Shown here: positions 1-9,154 of the stretch, piece by piece
How positions within the stretch are numbered: the stretch's first letter is position 1
Layout of the letters: each line of letters opens with the position of its first letter
NCBI RefSeq assembly: GCF_000012285.1
Contig: NC_007181.1
Location: 2,100,001 to 2,132,000, forward strand
Length of the DNA: 32,000 nucleotides
Direction: 5' to 3'
DNA from: Sulfolobus acidocaldarius DSM 639
GTDB lineage: Archaea; Thermoproteota; Thermoprotei_A; Sulfolobales; Sulfolobaceae
Notes under the pieces: model-generated
Seen by the model: only the letters and a program-made list of their open reading frames with translations
The model's database searches: none
Told to the model about the DNA's origin: nothing
Position numbers and translations under genes: made by a program

Positions 1-161
1 TCCAAATATTATAGGCAAATACGGAAGAACATTTACGAGGGATTTCACATTATTTAATCATTATTTCAAATTAATAAATCTTACTTAATCTAGAATAAAA
101 TTGTGTTAAAGAGAATGTACCAACTGTTAATAAAAAAGAGAAAAAATATATGACTTTCCCT

Positions 162-608
162 TTAGTCCGTGAAGTACATTTTATATATTAAGTAAATTAT
201 TGAGCCAAATACAAAAACGTCAGCTGATGCTAATGCGCCTATTAAGAATTCATATGAAATGGTCATCATTAAATACGTTATGACTACTCCTGCAATTAGA
301 TCCATGACTAGAGCTATGTAATAGTAAGTTACTGTACTTATTCTCTTTACCTCCGTAGTTGTTGAAGGAGCTCTAAATCTAACTGCAAGAAATACAATAC
401 TCCCCATAAATATGGCGAAAACGATTCCAGCAGCCAAATATGTGGCTGTGTAAAGATTCTCCACATAACTACTGATTGGACTTGACGTTAAATATGCTAA
501 TTTGCCGAAATCACCAACCCACTCAAAAGCAACAAAGAATGCTACGACAGTAACTACCCACCATATATAATCCTTTAAAGTCAGTCTCTTCCTATTATTA
601 GCGTCCAT
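162..608 (-). CDS. soxI: Small hydrophobic subunit at the SoxI position of the SoxM oxidase cluster
   Basis: 148-150 aa and very hydrophobic, with several predicted TM helices. It is the last gene of the minus-strand soxF-G-H-I string. The ATG at 608 lies 6 nt after GGTGAG (620..615), whereas the ORF-track start at 614 is TTG. The name comes only from its position in the published Sulfolobus SoxM cluster; there is no diagnostic motif. Confidence 0.6.
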   Translation of the reverse strand: MDANNRKRLTLKDYIWWVVTVVAFFVAFEWVGDFGKLAYLTSSPISSYVENLYTATYLAAGIVFAIFMGSIVFLAVRFRAPSTTTEVKRISTVTYYYIALVMDLIAGVVITYLMMTISYEFLIGALASADVFVFGSIIYLIYKMYFTD

Positions 609-610
609 TC

Positions 611-1051
611 TCAACTCACCACTATGAGAGTTCCTTTCATGGTGTAATGACCAGGACCGCAGAATTCAGCACACCATATATCATATGTGCCTGGCGTCTT
701 CACCACTATATAGAAGTCGTACACATATCCAGGGATAGCCTCAAACTTAAACCCTAACTGCGGTATATAGAACGCATGAATGACATCCTTTGACTGTATT
801 TCCAGCAAATAGGTCTGATTAGCCTTAAGCACTAGCTTGTCTATAGTGGTAGTTCCGTTAGGATATACAAACTCCCAAGCGTATTGAAAAGCTATGACCT
901 TAATAGGTATCGCATCTTGTTTCTGTTGCGCTGACAAATAATTACCACTGTTTATAAGAGCTAAATATCCATCCGATATAACACCTAATACGATTAAAAC
1001 AACTGCTGCAAGAACTATAGTTGTTAATTCTAATATTCTACCTCTTTCCAT
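611..1051 (-). CDS. soxH: Quinol oxidase subunit II with a CuA centre (SoxH)
   Basis: Complete CuA signature: H-x34-C-x-E-x-C-x3-H-x2-M, i.e. VIHAF followed 34 residues later by CAEFCGPGHYTM. There is an N-terminal TM anchor. The ATG at 1051 is preceded by GGTGA (1062..1058); the track start at 1057 is TTG. Confidence 0.9.
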   Translation of the reverse strand: MERGRILELTTIVLAAVVLIVLGVISDGYLALINSGNYLSAQQKQDAIPIKVIAFQYAWEFVYPNGTTTIDKLVLKANQTYLLEIQSKDVIHAFYIPQLGFKFEAIPGYVYDFYIVVKTPGTYDIWCAEFCGPGHYTMKGTLIVVS

Positions 1052-2558
1052 AACCAATCACCACGTTCAGAAATATGGATAATGAAAACATAATCATGGA
1101 TAGACCTATATATTGACCTATTATAAATTGATTAGCTAATGAAGTCATGGGTATTGTTAATGCTTGATATAGAGAGTAGATCAGCGTACCTAGGATGAAG
1201 AGATTCATTGATAGAACCAATGCTCCACTAAGAACTCTTTTCTCAGGCTTTATTGTCATTATACCGCCGTCTCTAAATGGTGAACTACTCATTTTCGCCA
1301 ACACCCTTGGCTGTACAACGTATCTGAGTAAGGGCCATAGAACTGCAAAACAGGCTATGAATATAATTGCGTCCACAACTAGACCTATGGTACCAATCTC
1401 TTGACCTGGAGTTTCCTCTGCCCAAATGGTATTTACTATGAATGCTATTATGAATCCTGTACCTAAAGATACTGCGGCAGGTCTGAGTCCTGGATGAGGA
1501 GCCTTATGCCTAAATACATAAGCATCTATAAATGGGAATAGTACAGTGACTGCTACCCAGCCTAAGAATATTATTGAGGCACTACTGGGATCTATTGCTT
1601 TGTAGAAGAAGTAGATGAATAAGAAATACCAGTCTGGTAATGGAGGTGCTTGGGCAGCGTTTATAGGATTGTACTCCGGTTTAACGTATTTAAGCACAGT
1701 ACCGCTAACAGAAATATCAAAGGGTATCATAGATGCAATGAAGAATATTATCCCGAAGGTTAATAGGAAAATCATTACTACCATACCTATAGATCTTATT
1801 AGAGGTTGTAGCTCCCATCTGTAGTCAGACTTCAGCTTGTCTTGATACTCGTCTATTAACTCAGGTGCACCGGGCTTAACTTCAGAAACTGGTGGAGTTA
1901 TACCGTGTTTCTCGAATATATATAGGTGAAGCCCAACGACAGCTACTAATAACCCGCCAACTATCCAGTGGAAAACAAAAAACCTTTGAACCAAAGGATC
2001 CACACCAGACATTATTCCTGGTTGGTTAGGATTCACTATAGTAAATAGAGAAATTAGATAACCTAAGTTGAACGGCATATATCCGAACAAGTTTAGTCCA
2101 GTGGTTGTAGCAACCCATGAAATTAGATTATAGGGCAAGGAATAACCAAGATAGGCTTCAGTTAGAGTCAGACCAGCTAATAAAGTACCAACAATCCACA
2201 TGAACTCTCTCGGAGGTCTATAAGCTCCAACTATGAAGTTTCTAGTTATGTGAACTAACATAGCAAATATCATAACGTAAGCTCCCCAGCTGTGGAGACT
2301 AAACAACAGTGCGCCGTAAGGAACTTGAGATATAAGGTAAGTAGTAGATGTATATGGATCACTTGGAGTGTAATATAGTGCAGTCAGTGCTCCAGTTATT
2401 ATCTCAAAAATTAGTGAAGCAAGTACAAATCCTCCTAGCCAATAATCTATTGAATAAGCATATCTTGGAGCTTGCCTTAATGTATGACCATAAATACCTA
2501 ATCTCTCATCTAACCAATATAATATCCTATCCAGAGTAGATCCTTTCTGTGTTACCAT
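1038..2558 (-). CDS. soxG: Cytochrome b of the SoxM supercomplex (SoxG)
   Basis: About 506 aa polytopic membrane protein with two H-x13-H heme-ligand pairs, LHSWGAYVMIFAMLVH and FHWIVGGLLVAVVGLH. The ATG at 2558 is preceded by GGGTGA, which overlaps the soxF stop. The track start at 2567 is a GTG inside that Shine-Dalgarno site. Confidence 0.9.
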   Translation of the reverse strand: MVTQKGSTLDRILYWLDERLGIYGHTLRQAPRYAYSIDYWLGGFVLASLIFEIITGALTALYYTPSDPYTSTTYLISQVPYGALLFSLHSWGAYVMIFAMLVHITRNFIVGAYRPPREFMWIVGTLLAGLTLTEAYLGYSLPYNLISWVATTTGLNLFGYMPFNLGYLISLFTIVNPNQPGIMSGVDPLVQRFFVFHWIVGGLLVAVVGLHLYIFEKHGITPPVSEVKPGAPELIDEYQDKLKSDYRWELQPLIRSIGMVVMIFLLTFGIIFFIASMIPFDISVSGTVLKYVKPEYNPINAAQAPPLPDWYFLFIYFFYKAIDPSSASIIFLGWVAVTVLFPFIDAYVFRHKAPHPGLRPAAVSLGTGFIIAFIVNTIWAEETPGQEIGTIGLVVDAIIFIACFAVLWPLLRYVVQPRVLAKMSSSPFRDGGIMTIKPEKRVLSGALVLSMNLFILGTLIYSLYQALTIPMTSLANQFIIGQYIGLSMIMFSLSIFLNVVIGYGKR

Positions 2559-2563
2559 ATTAA

Positions 2564-3316
2564 TCACCCATTACTACATGAAGGATTATTTGGAACCGAA
2601 TAACTATATCTTGGATCATACAGTAAGTTATCTTGAGGTGTAGTTCTTGGTATTCCGGCACTGAAGTATGGTGCATTCGTTCCAACTGCATATATATCCC
2701 CTGTAGAACTATCGTAGTCAAGTATAACGATTGGAAGTGGTCTAGGTGCTGGACCCGAAACTACAACTCCACCGTCCTTTAATGCATATATTGAACCGTG
2801 ACATGGACAGTGTAAATCAGCGCCTTTAGCATACAATCCAGGATCAGACTCACTGGAGACTATAACCTGAGCAGGGAGTTGGCAACCTAAGTGTACACAT
2901 ACATCAGAAAATGCAAATATTGTACCGTTTGGACCAACACCCTTAATAGTTTGTATTTGACCTAAAGGACCTGCATATTTGCCATAGTAAGGATTAGGAA
3001 TCTCTGTAATTTGTTGACCTGTTAACGCTTGTAGGTCAACTAAAAAACAGGGCTCATCAGTCAGAGGATATGCGAAGAAATAAACTGCACAGCCAGAGCT
3101 CTTAATCTGTTGTTGTACTTGTTGTATGTTAGCTACCTTATATCTAGGAAATCCAGCTAAGCCATCCGTGTTATCCGCCACTAAGTATTTTTTTGAGAGC
3201 GAACCTAGTTCACTATAGAAATAACCTACATAATCTAATGCAGGTTTTATAACTGGAGCAACTGCTATAGCAGCCCCTACAAGCAGATACAATCTTAAAA
3301 ATGTCCTTCTGTCCAT
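2564..3316 (-). CDS. soxF: Rieske [2Fe-2S] protein (SoxF)
   Basis: Rieske boxes CVHLGC and CPCHGS. The N-terminus MDRRTFLRL carries a twin-arginine signal and a hydrophobic anchor. It is the first gene of the minus-strand operon. Confidence 0.9.
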   Translation of the reverse strand: MDRRTFLRLYLLVGAAIAVAPVIKPALDYVGYFYSELGSLSKKYLVADNTDGLAGFPRYKVANIQQVQQQIKSSGCAVYFFAYPLTDEPCFLVDLQALTGQQITEIPNPYYGKYAGPLGQIQTIKGVGPNGTIFAFSDVCVHLGCQLPAQVIVSSESDPGLYAKGADLHCPCHGSIYALKDGGVVVSGPAPRPLPIVILDYDSSTGDIYAVGTNAPYFSAGIPRTTPQDNLLYDPRYSYSVPNNPSCSNG

Positions 3317-3338
3317 TGATTATTAATATTATATCATG

Positions 3339-3346
3339 TTTTTAAG
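3339..3346 (-). promoter_or_regulatory. TATA-like box for the soxFGHI operon
   Basis: The minus strand reads CTTAAAAA, centred about 27 nt upstream of the soxF ATG (3316). This spacing fits a leaderless archaeal transcript. Confidence 0.4.
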
Positions 3347-3430
3347 TTTTACGACAAAATTTTCTAACATAAAATTCTGTTAATTTAAAAAATAGGTGAC
3401 GGATAATTCGAAAGTTAGATAACTATTAAA

Positions 3431-3440
3431 TTTAAATTTA
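3431..3440 (+). promoter_or_regulatory. TATA-like box for soxE
   Basis: TTTAAATTTA is centred about 26 nt before the ATG at 3461 but only about 11 nt before the ATG at 3446. This favours 3461 as a leaderless start. Confidence 0.4.
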
Positions 3441-3445
3441 AGTAT

Positions 3446-4060
3446 ATGTATCTAAATTTTATGAAGGCTCAAAGTTCTGTTTTGCCTGTTGTAGTCGGAA
3501 TTTTAGTTGTAATAATAGCAGTAGCCGTAGGAGTTTATGTCTACAACCAATATGTTATGCTGTCCTCACCCTCTGCTAGTAGTAGTACAGGCACAAGTAC
3601 AGGACCTAGTAAAATCTCCATACCATATAGTAGTAGCAATAAAACTGTTTTTTTGACCATAGTAGTTGAATCTTCAAGTAACGTTAATCAGTTCAACTTT
3701 AATGGCACTTCATCAGGAAGCTTAGTAATATATATACCAGCAGGATCTACAGTAATTGTAAAATTCATCAATCAAGAATCACTGCCTCATAATCTTGTAC
3801 TTTTACAAAATTCCACGCCTACACCACAAAGCCCAGAAATAAGTAGTGATGGAAAAATAATAGACATAGTGGGTGCAACAACTAGCAACTACGACGTAAA
3901 CGGGATATCAGGAGGTGCTTCGGCTGAAGGGGTATGGGGACCAATAAGCGCAGGGGATTATATGCTAGTATGTGGAATACTTGGTCACGCTGCTTCAGGA
4001 ATGTGGGCAGTTTTGGTAGCCTCAAATAATGTAACAGCTCCTTATGCAGTGATTGATTAA
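3446..4060 (+). CDS. soxE: Sulfocyanin, a membrane-anchored type-1 blue copper protein (SoxE)
   Basis: N-terminal TM helix, a Ser/Thr-rich linker ([16 protein letters not shown]) and a cupredoxin C-terminus with the ligand pattern H...C-x4-H-x4-M (LPHNLV ... [11 protein letters not shown]). The true start is probably 3461 (MKAQSS...), judged from TATA spacing. Confidence 0.85.
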   Translation: MYLNFMKAQSSVLPVVVGILVVIIAVAVGVYVYNQYVMLSSPSASSSTGTSTGPSKISIPYSSSNKTVFLTIVVESSSNVNQFNFNGTSSGSLVIYIPAGSTVIVKFINQESLPHNLVLLQNSTPTPQSPEISSDGKIIDIVGATTSNYDVNGISGGASAEGVWGPISAGDYMLVCGILGHAASGMWAVLVASNNVTAPYAVID

Positions 4061-4082
4061 GAAAAGCTGATATATATGATGA

Positions 4083-4093
4083 TTATTTTTATT
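4083..4093 (+). terminator. Oligo-T tract after soxE
   Basis: TTATTTTTATT lies 23 nt after the soxE stop. Archaeal termination commonly uses T-runs. This is a weak call. Confidence 0.25.
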
Positions 4094-4704
4094 GAAAGCT
4101 AAATAACTCGTACTTATTGATTTTTGCATTAACTGTGACTCTTTCTTAATTAAATAGTAAAGCAATCTACACAGTATTCCTACTCAAAGTTTAAATTAGA
4201 ACTAATGAGACCAATTATTTTACGTTCTAATCTATCGTAAACTTAAGGTAATTAAGGTAAAACTGTGACTTAATAACACATACTGATTGTTAACTTATAA
4301 TATTGATTTTCAAAAATAGTAAATCATGAATTATGTATTATAAGATAAATAAGTTTAAATACGATTCTAGATTAAAACATCGAATCGGAAATTCTAAAAA
4401 TACTTATTGGTATATAAAGCTTTATCTACAATTAAAGATTTATAATCTTCTACAACTAGAATTAAAAAGTAATATGTAATACATTAAATTCAATTAAATT
4501 CTTCTTAGAAGTTTCTGCATTAATTAATGATTAATAATGTAGTCCTCCTTTACTAGTCTACATTTGAATGATGAAAAGATAAGAGAGCTAATCCTAAAAA
4601 TATGGTTAGAGTCATTTTTATAAAATATATTAATCTTTTATTATTAGATACTAAATTCAATATAAATACAAAGGGTTTCAGACATTAGATTTACTTAATA
4701 AAAA

Positions 4705-4714
4705 TTTAAAAATA
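4705..4714 (+). promoter_or_regulatory. TATA-like box for soxM
   Basis: TTTAAAAATA is centred about 28 nt before the soxM ATG (4738), and there is no spaced Shine-Dalgarno site. The transcript is therefore leaderless or nearly so. Confidence 0.45.
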
Positions 4715-4737
4715 AAAACTAGTATCTAATAAGTGAG

Positions 4738-7104
4738 ATGAACATAAAAAGAATTCTCAAAGTTGCACTTTACACTACTAATGCGAGTGACGTAGGACAG
4801 ATGTATATAGTATTAGGTATAGTCGCCCTTATTATAGGATCAGTAAATGCTGCCCTAATAAGAGATCAATTATCGTTCAATAATCTAAACGCTGTAGACT
4901 ATTATGATGCAGTAACCCTTCACGGGATATTTATGATATTTTTCGTTGTAATGCCATTAAGTACAGGGTTTGCTAATTATCTGGTTCCTAGAATGATAGG
5001 TGCGCATGATTTATATTGGCCAAAGATTAACGCTTTATCCTTCTGGATGTTAGTGCCCGCAGTAATACTAGCAGCTATTTCACCACTCCTGGGTGCGGTA
5101 GATTTAGGATGGTATATGTATGCCCCATTGTCTGTTGAAACAACGGTGAATTACGGACTAGGGACAAATTTGATACAAATTGCATTAATTCTTTCCGGAT
5201 TATCTTCCACTTTGACTGGTGTAAACTTTGTAATGACAATTACCAAGATGAAGAAAGTTCCCTATCTTAAGATGCCTCTTTTCGTATGGGGATTTTTCAC
5301 TACTGCAATACTAATGATTATAGCCATGCCTTCATTAACTGCAGGTTTAGTTTTCGCTTATCTGGAGAGACTATGGGGAACACCATTCTTTGATTCTGCT
5401 CTAGGTGGAAGTCCTGTTTTATGGCAACAATTATTCTGGTTCTTCGGCCACCCAGAGGTTTACATATTAATATTACCCGCTATGGGATTGGTAAGTGAAT
5501 TATTGCCAAAGATGGCTAGAAGAGAGATATTTGGATATACTGCTATAGCTTTATCCTCGATTGCAATAGCGTTCCTAAGTGCGTTAGGAGTATGGATGCA
5601 TCACATGTTTACAGCAATCGATAATACACTTGTTCAGATCGTATCATCAGCCACAACTATGGCAATTGCTATACCCTCAGGAGTTAAGGTTCTGAACTGG
5701 ACAGCTACACTATATGGTGGGGAAATAAGGTATAAGACACCTACAATATTGCTTATATCATTTATCGTAATGTTCTTATTAGGGGGAATTACTGGAGTAT
5801 TTTTCCCATTAGTACCAATTGACTACGCATTAAATGGGACATATTTCGTGGTAGGACATTTCCACTACATGGTTTATGCAATACTCTATGCTCTTCTCGG
5901 TGCCTTATTCTACTACTTCCCGTTCTGGAGTGGAAAGTGGTATAATGACGATTTAGGCAAGACTGGTGCAATATTGTTAGTAGCTGGAACGTTTTTAACA
6001 GCTACTGGAATGTCAATTGCTGGTATACTGGGTATGCCAAGAAGGTATGCAGTTATACCCAGTCCCATATATGACCCATTCCAATTCATGGCTAGTGTAG
6101 GTGCAGTTTTAACTGGTATAGGGCTATTTATATTAGCAGGAGTACTAGTTCATGGCGTTTTCAGAGGGAGAGCTGTTAACGGAGTAGATCCTTGGGATAA
6201 CATTTCCGTGAAATTACAGGACTTCTTTATAAAACCCGTAAAGTTACCGTTGAGCTTTGGTAAATCACTAGATGGAGCTTTTGATGAAGAGTACCATGGA
6301 ATTAAATTCCCATATTACAGTGTCTTAGGATTATTCCTATCATTTATACCCTTAGGTTTTATGTTCATACTGATTGGTCTAATACCTATAGGGATAGTAC
6401 TACTACTAGCATTCATGGGTGTTGGACTATATTGGGGATACGATCAGTGGTTCAAACCTATGCAACCTCCTCCACATTTTTATGCAGACGGAGGTGTACC
6501 TGTAACCAATTCAGTTAATAACTCAATTTCACCATCACTTGGAATTGCATCAATGAGGGATGCGAGAAGTGCTGTACTATGGTTTATATTAGCTGAAGTA
6601 ATACTGTTTGGATCTTTCATAGGTGGTTACGCTTTTATAATGAGCCCTGTTACTAATCCATTATCTTATGTAAATAATATTGTGCCAGCTGTAGAAGTCT
6701 TCCCATTACCCGCAATTATGACCGCAATATTACTTTCGAGCTCAATACCTGCTCACATAGCATATGAGTATTTCAAGAAAGGAAACGTAAAGATGTTTAG
6801 AAACTTAGGACTATTGACTATGGCTATGGGTCTCACATTCCTAGGTGGACAAATATATGAATTCACCCACTACATCCACTTCATCCCACAAGACTCAGCA
6901 GCTTCATCATTCTTCTTTGCGACAGTGAGCTTACACGGCTTCCACGTAATAATGGGATTAGTAATATGGGCATTTATGATGTTAAGAATTCGTAAAGGCT
7001 TTATACCATATGCAGGTTCAGTGGCAGCAACGTACTATTGGCACTTCGTAGATGCCGTATGGGTAGTGGTGTTTAGTACATTCTATTTACATTTGATTGT
7101 CTAG
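4738..7104 (+). CDS. soxM: Heme-copper quinol oxidase, fused subunit I + III (SoxM)
   Basis: 788 aa with subunit I signatures [13 protein letters not shown] (the CuB His pair) and GHFHY (heme ligands). The C-terminal hydrophobic domain ends in the subunit III-like [12 protein letters not shown]. The I+III fusion is as published for SoxM. Confidence 0.95.
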
Positions 7105-7120
7105 TATTGGGGATAAATAA

Positions 7121-7678
7121 GTGAAAAATAGCAATTTTTTTATAATTATATCGGTTTTTTTAATAATAATTACAATTAATCCATATACTGAGACCTACAT
7201 GTCTATAAATCCTATACCTTATATGTTAGCACACTATTCTTTGTACGCTTCAGGTATACTACTTGCCTACTTCGTTTATGACAGACTAAAACCACTTAAC
7301 AAATACATCTCATTAGTTATCGGAATATTTTTAGCTGTGACTTGGCACATTCCTTTCTTCTTCAATTTAGGTGTATATAATTTATGGATAAGGTTAATTG
7401 AGGAATTATCACTGTTTATAGGTGGTTACTTTATGGGACACAGTATTAAGGGGCTGAGCAGAAACTTTAACCTATTTCTCCTGGCGCTCTGGATGATAGC
7501 TGACACTTACCTTTCAGCTCTTCTTATGATTTATCCTTCCTTATATACCACACTATATAATACGCAGAGTCTACAATACCTTGGCGTAATAATGTTTCTC
7601 ATGATGAATACACTAGTTGTTTATCTGTTGCTTCAATACGTAATTAAGATATTCAAAGAGGAAAAGATGTTCATATAA
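7121..7678 (+). CDS. Polytopic membrane protein of unknown function, probably co-transcribed with soxM
   Basis: 185 aa with about 5-6 TM helices. The GTG start lies 16 nt after the soxM stop and 7 nt after GGGGA (7109..7113). It resembles, from memory only, the small archaeal DUF1404-type membrane proteins. No catalytic motif was recognised. Confidence 0.55.
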   Translation: MKNSNFFIIISVFLIIITINPYTETYMSINPIPYMLAHYSLYASGILLAYFVYDRLKPLNKYISLVIGIFLAVTWHIPFFFNLGVYNLWIRLIEELSLFIGGYFMGHSIKGLSRNFNLFLLALWMIADTYLSALLMIYPSLYTTLYNTQSLQYLGVIMFLMMNTLVVYLLLQYVIKIFKEEKMFI

Positions 7679-7921
7679 CAGTAGAAATTCCTAATCTTGT
7701 TGCAGAGGAATAGTTGGAACTTAATTGGGTGAAATGGGATTTTATTTAGTATAGTCTTTCTTTGGACATAATGTGTAAATCTAAAAGTTAGAGACAACAT
7801 TAGAGCAGCTGGCTCATAAGCCTTTACTTTTATCTTTTAACTCTAAGAGACGCTGTCTCCTCTTAGAAAAGCAGAAGACTAAGATAATTGATATAAATAC
7901 CAGTTAATTTAATAATTAACA

Positions 7922-8329
7922 ATGAAGCTTGAAGAGGAGATATTAAAGTTTCTAAAAGATATGTCTGCTAAAGAAGAGGAATTAGAATTTCTCATAATAA
8001 ACCTGTTTAGACCTCAACTGGAAAATAAGGGAATAAAACTTGGCAAAATTAGGAGAGAGTATATGGTCGACGATGTTGGAGTTTTACAAGTGGGTTATGT
8101 TTTGCCTATTATATATTATGAGGAAGGAGATAAGTTATATCTGTTCGTCTCAAAGAATTTTGCTGATTATGGTGCAATAGAACAGCTCTTAATAAGAGAG
8201 AAATTGTTGTCAGGGAAATTCAACAAACCCATACTTAGATTCTTAGTAGCGTTTACTATACCCAAGAAGTATTATGAATTAGCTAGTAAAATGGGAATTA
8301 CAGTAATTGCACAAAATATAATCGAGTAA
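7922..8329 (+). CDS. Hypothetical protein, possibly with a PD-(D/E)xK nuclease-like fold
   Basis: 135 aa. The TATA-like ATATAAATA (7891..7899) is centred 27 nt before the ATG. A weak D...(S)xK pattern (VDDVGV ... LFVSK) and a C-terminal LRFLVAFTIP..A..GITVI strand-helix-strand recall NucS/Hjc-type folds. The functional call is low confidence. Confidence 0.45.
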   Translation: MKLEEEILKFLKDMSAKEEELEFLIINLFRPQLENKGIKLGKIRREYMVDDVGVLQVGYVLPIIYYEEGDKLYLFVSKNFADYGAIEQLLIREKLLSGKFNKPILRFLVAFTIPKKYYELASKMGITVIAQNIIE

Positions 8330-8333
8330 ATTT

Positions 8334-8570
8334 TTAGTCGTTAAAAAGCTTGTAACATTCTTCTGATTCCACGACTAAGTACACTCTTTCTCTTGTATCG
8401 TCGAGACAAGGCATGGCTTTTATTACTTTTTTCTCCTTTAGGAGTTTTAGGGCATAGTAAAGAGTCCTTGTGGGAAGTTGAGTTTCTTCCTTTAATTCTC
8501 TAAATCTAAGGCTCCTTCTCTCCATAAGTATTTTTAGAACTAGCTTAGCAGAGGGCGGAAGATTTTCCAT
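8334..8570 (-). CDS. Small winged helix-turn-helix DNA-binding protein (MarR/ArsR-like)
   Basis: 78 aa with the pattern LRFRELKEETQLPTRTLYYALKLLKEKKVI, typical of a wHTH recognition helix plus wing. It has two Cys residues (MPCLD, EECYK). It lies 18 nt downstream of the rhodanese gene, with a GAGGGA Shine-Dalgarno-like site in between. Confidence 0.6.
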   Translation of the reverse strand: MENLPPSAKLVLKILMERRSLRFRELKEETQLPTRTLYYALKLLKEKKVIKAMPCLDDTRERVYLVVESEECYKLFND

Positions 8571-8588
8571 ATAATATAATCCCTCATT

Positions 8589-9014
8589 TTATTTCTTAAG
8601 AGTTTCGCTTGGTGCAACTTTCTTCAATATGTAGTCTTTCCAAAACATTCCATTGCTGTCCATACCATAAGTTGTCTCATATCCCATGTTCATCCAAAGC
8701 TCCATACCACCTAACATATTATACACTGTCTTTCCTTCGAAGAGTTCAGGTTTAGAGTTAATTAACCAAGTAGTTCTATTTGCGTGTTCACATACTAGCA
8801 CTATTTGTTTTGTTTCTAATTTAGGTAGTAATATATCACAATACTCCATTGGAATTAATATTGCTCCCGGTATATGATGGTCTTCATATTCCCACGGATT
8901 TCTTATATCAACTATTGTCACTTCTCCTTTCTTATAGAGTTCTCTCACCACTGAGGGAGGAACGTTCTTTACGTTTTTGTAATAAGGAGTTCTCCTCTCA
9001 GTTATTTGAACCAT
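8589..9014 (-). CDS. Single-domain rhodanese (sulfurtransferase)
   Basis: Rhodanese fold pattern (VTIVDIRNPWEYEDHHIPGAILIP) and the active-site loop C-E-H-A-N-R-T. The ATG at 9014 has a minus-strand TTTATAT box (9044..9038) centred 27 nt upstream. The track start at 9035 is TTG. Confidence 0.8.
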   Translation of the reverse strand: MVQITERRTPYYKNVKNVPPSVVRELYKKGEVTIVDIRNPWEYEDHHIPGAILIPMEYCDILLPKLETKQIVLVCEHANRTTWLINSKPELFEGKTVYNMLGGMELWMNMGYETTYGMDSNGMFWKDYILKKVAPSETLKK

Positions 9015-9124
9015 CGGACTAAATCTAATAGACAAGAATATAAATGTATCGCATAATACAAGTTTTACAAAATATATTTAATTATTATTATAATTACTTG
9101 AATAAGAAATTACATTAGATAAGC

Positions 9125-9132
9125 TTTTATTT
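9125..9132 (+). promoter_or_regulatory. TATA-like box for the SelD-like gene
   Basis: TTTTATTT is centred about 27 nt before the ATG at 9155. It lies in the 119-140 bp divergent region shared with the rhodanese promoter. Confidence 0.4.
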
Positions 9133-9154
9133 CTAGCCTGAGTAGGAAAAACCT

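Noticed and set aside
1195-2539. Three plus-strand ORFs (1195..1404, 1615..1824, 2348..2539) inside soxG
   Set aside because: They are antisense shadow ORFs within a gene that has strong motif support (two H-x13-H heme pairs). Their composition is low-complexity, and they have no TATA box or Shine-Dalgarno site.
4076-4620. C/D-box sRNA candidates seeded by ATGATGA at 4076..4082 and 4568..4574
   Set aside because: Neither seed has a CTGA D box at the expected distance of about 40-60 nt downstream, and neither has C'/D' motifs. The box C-like heptamers are expected by chance in AT-rich DNA.
5789-5971. 60-aa minus-strand ORF inside soxM
   Set aside because: It is antisense to the heme-ligand region of a clearly real gene. 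It is rich in Arg, His and Ser, typical of reverse-frame artefacts.
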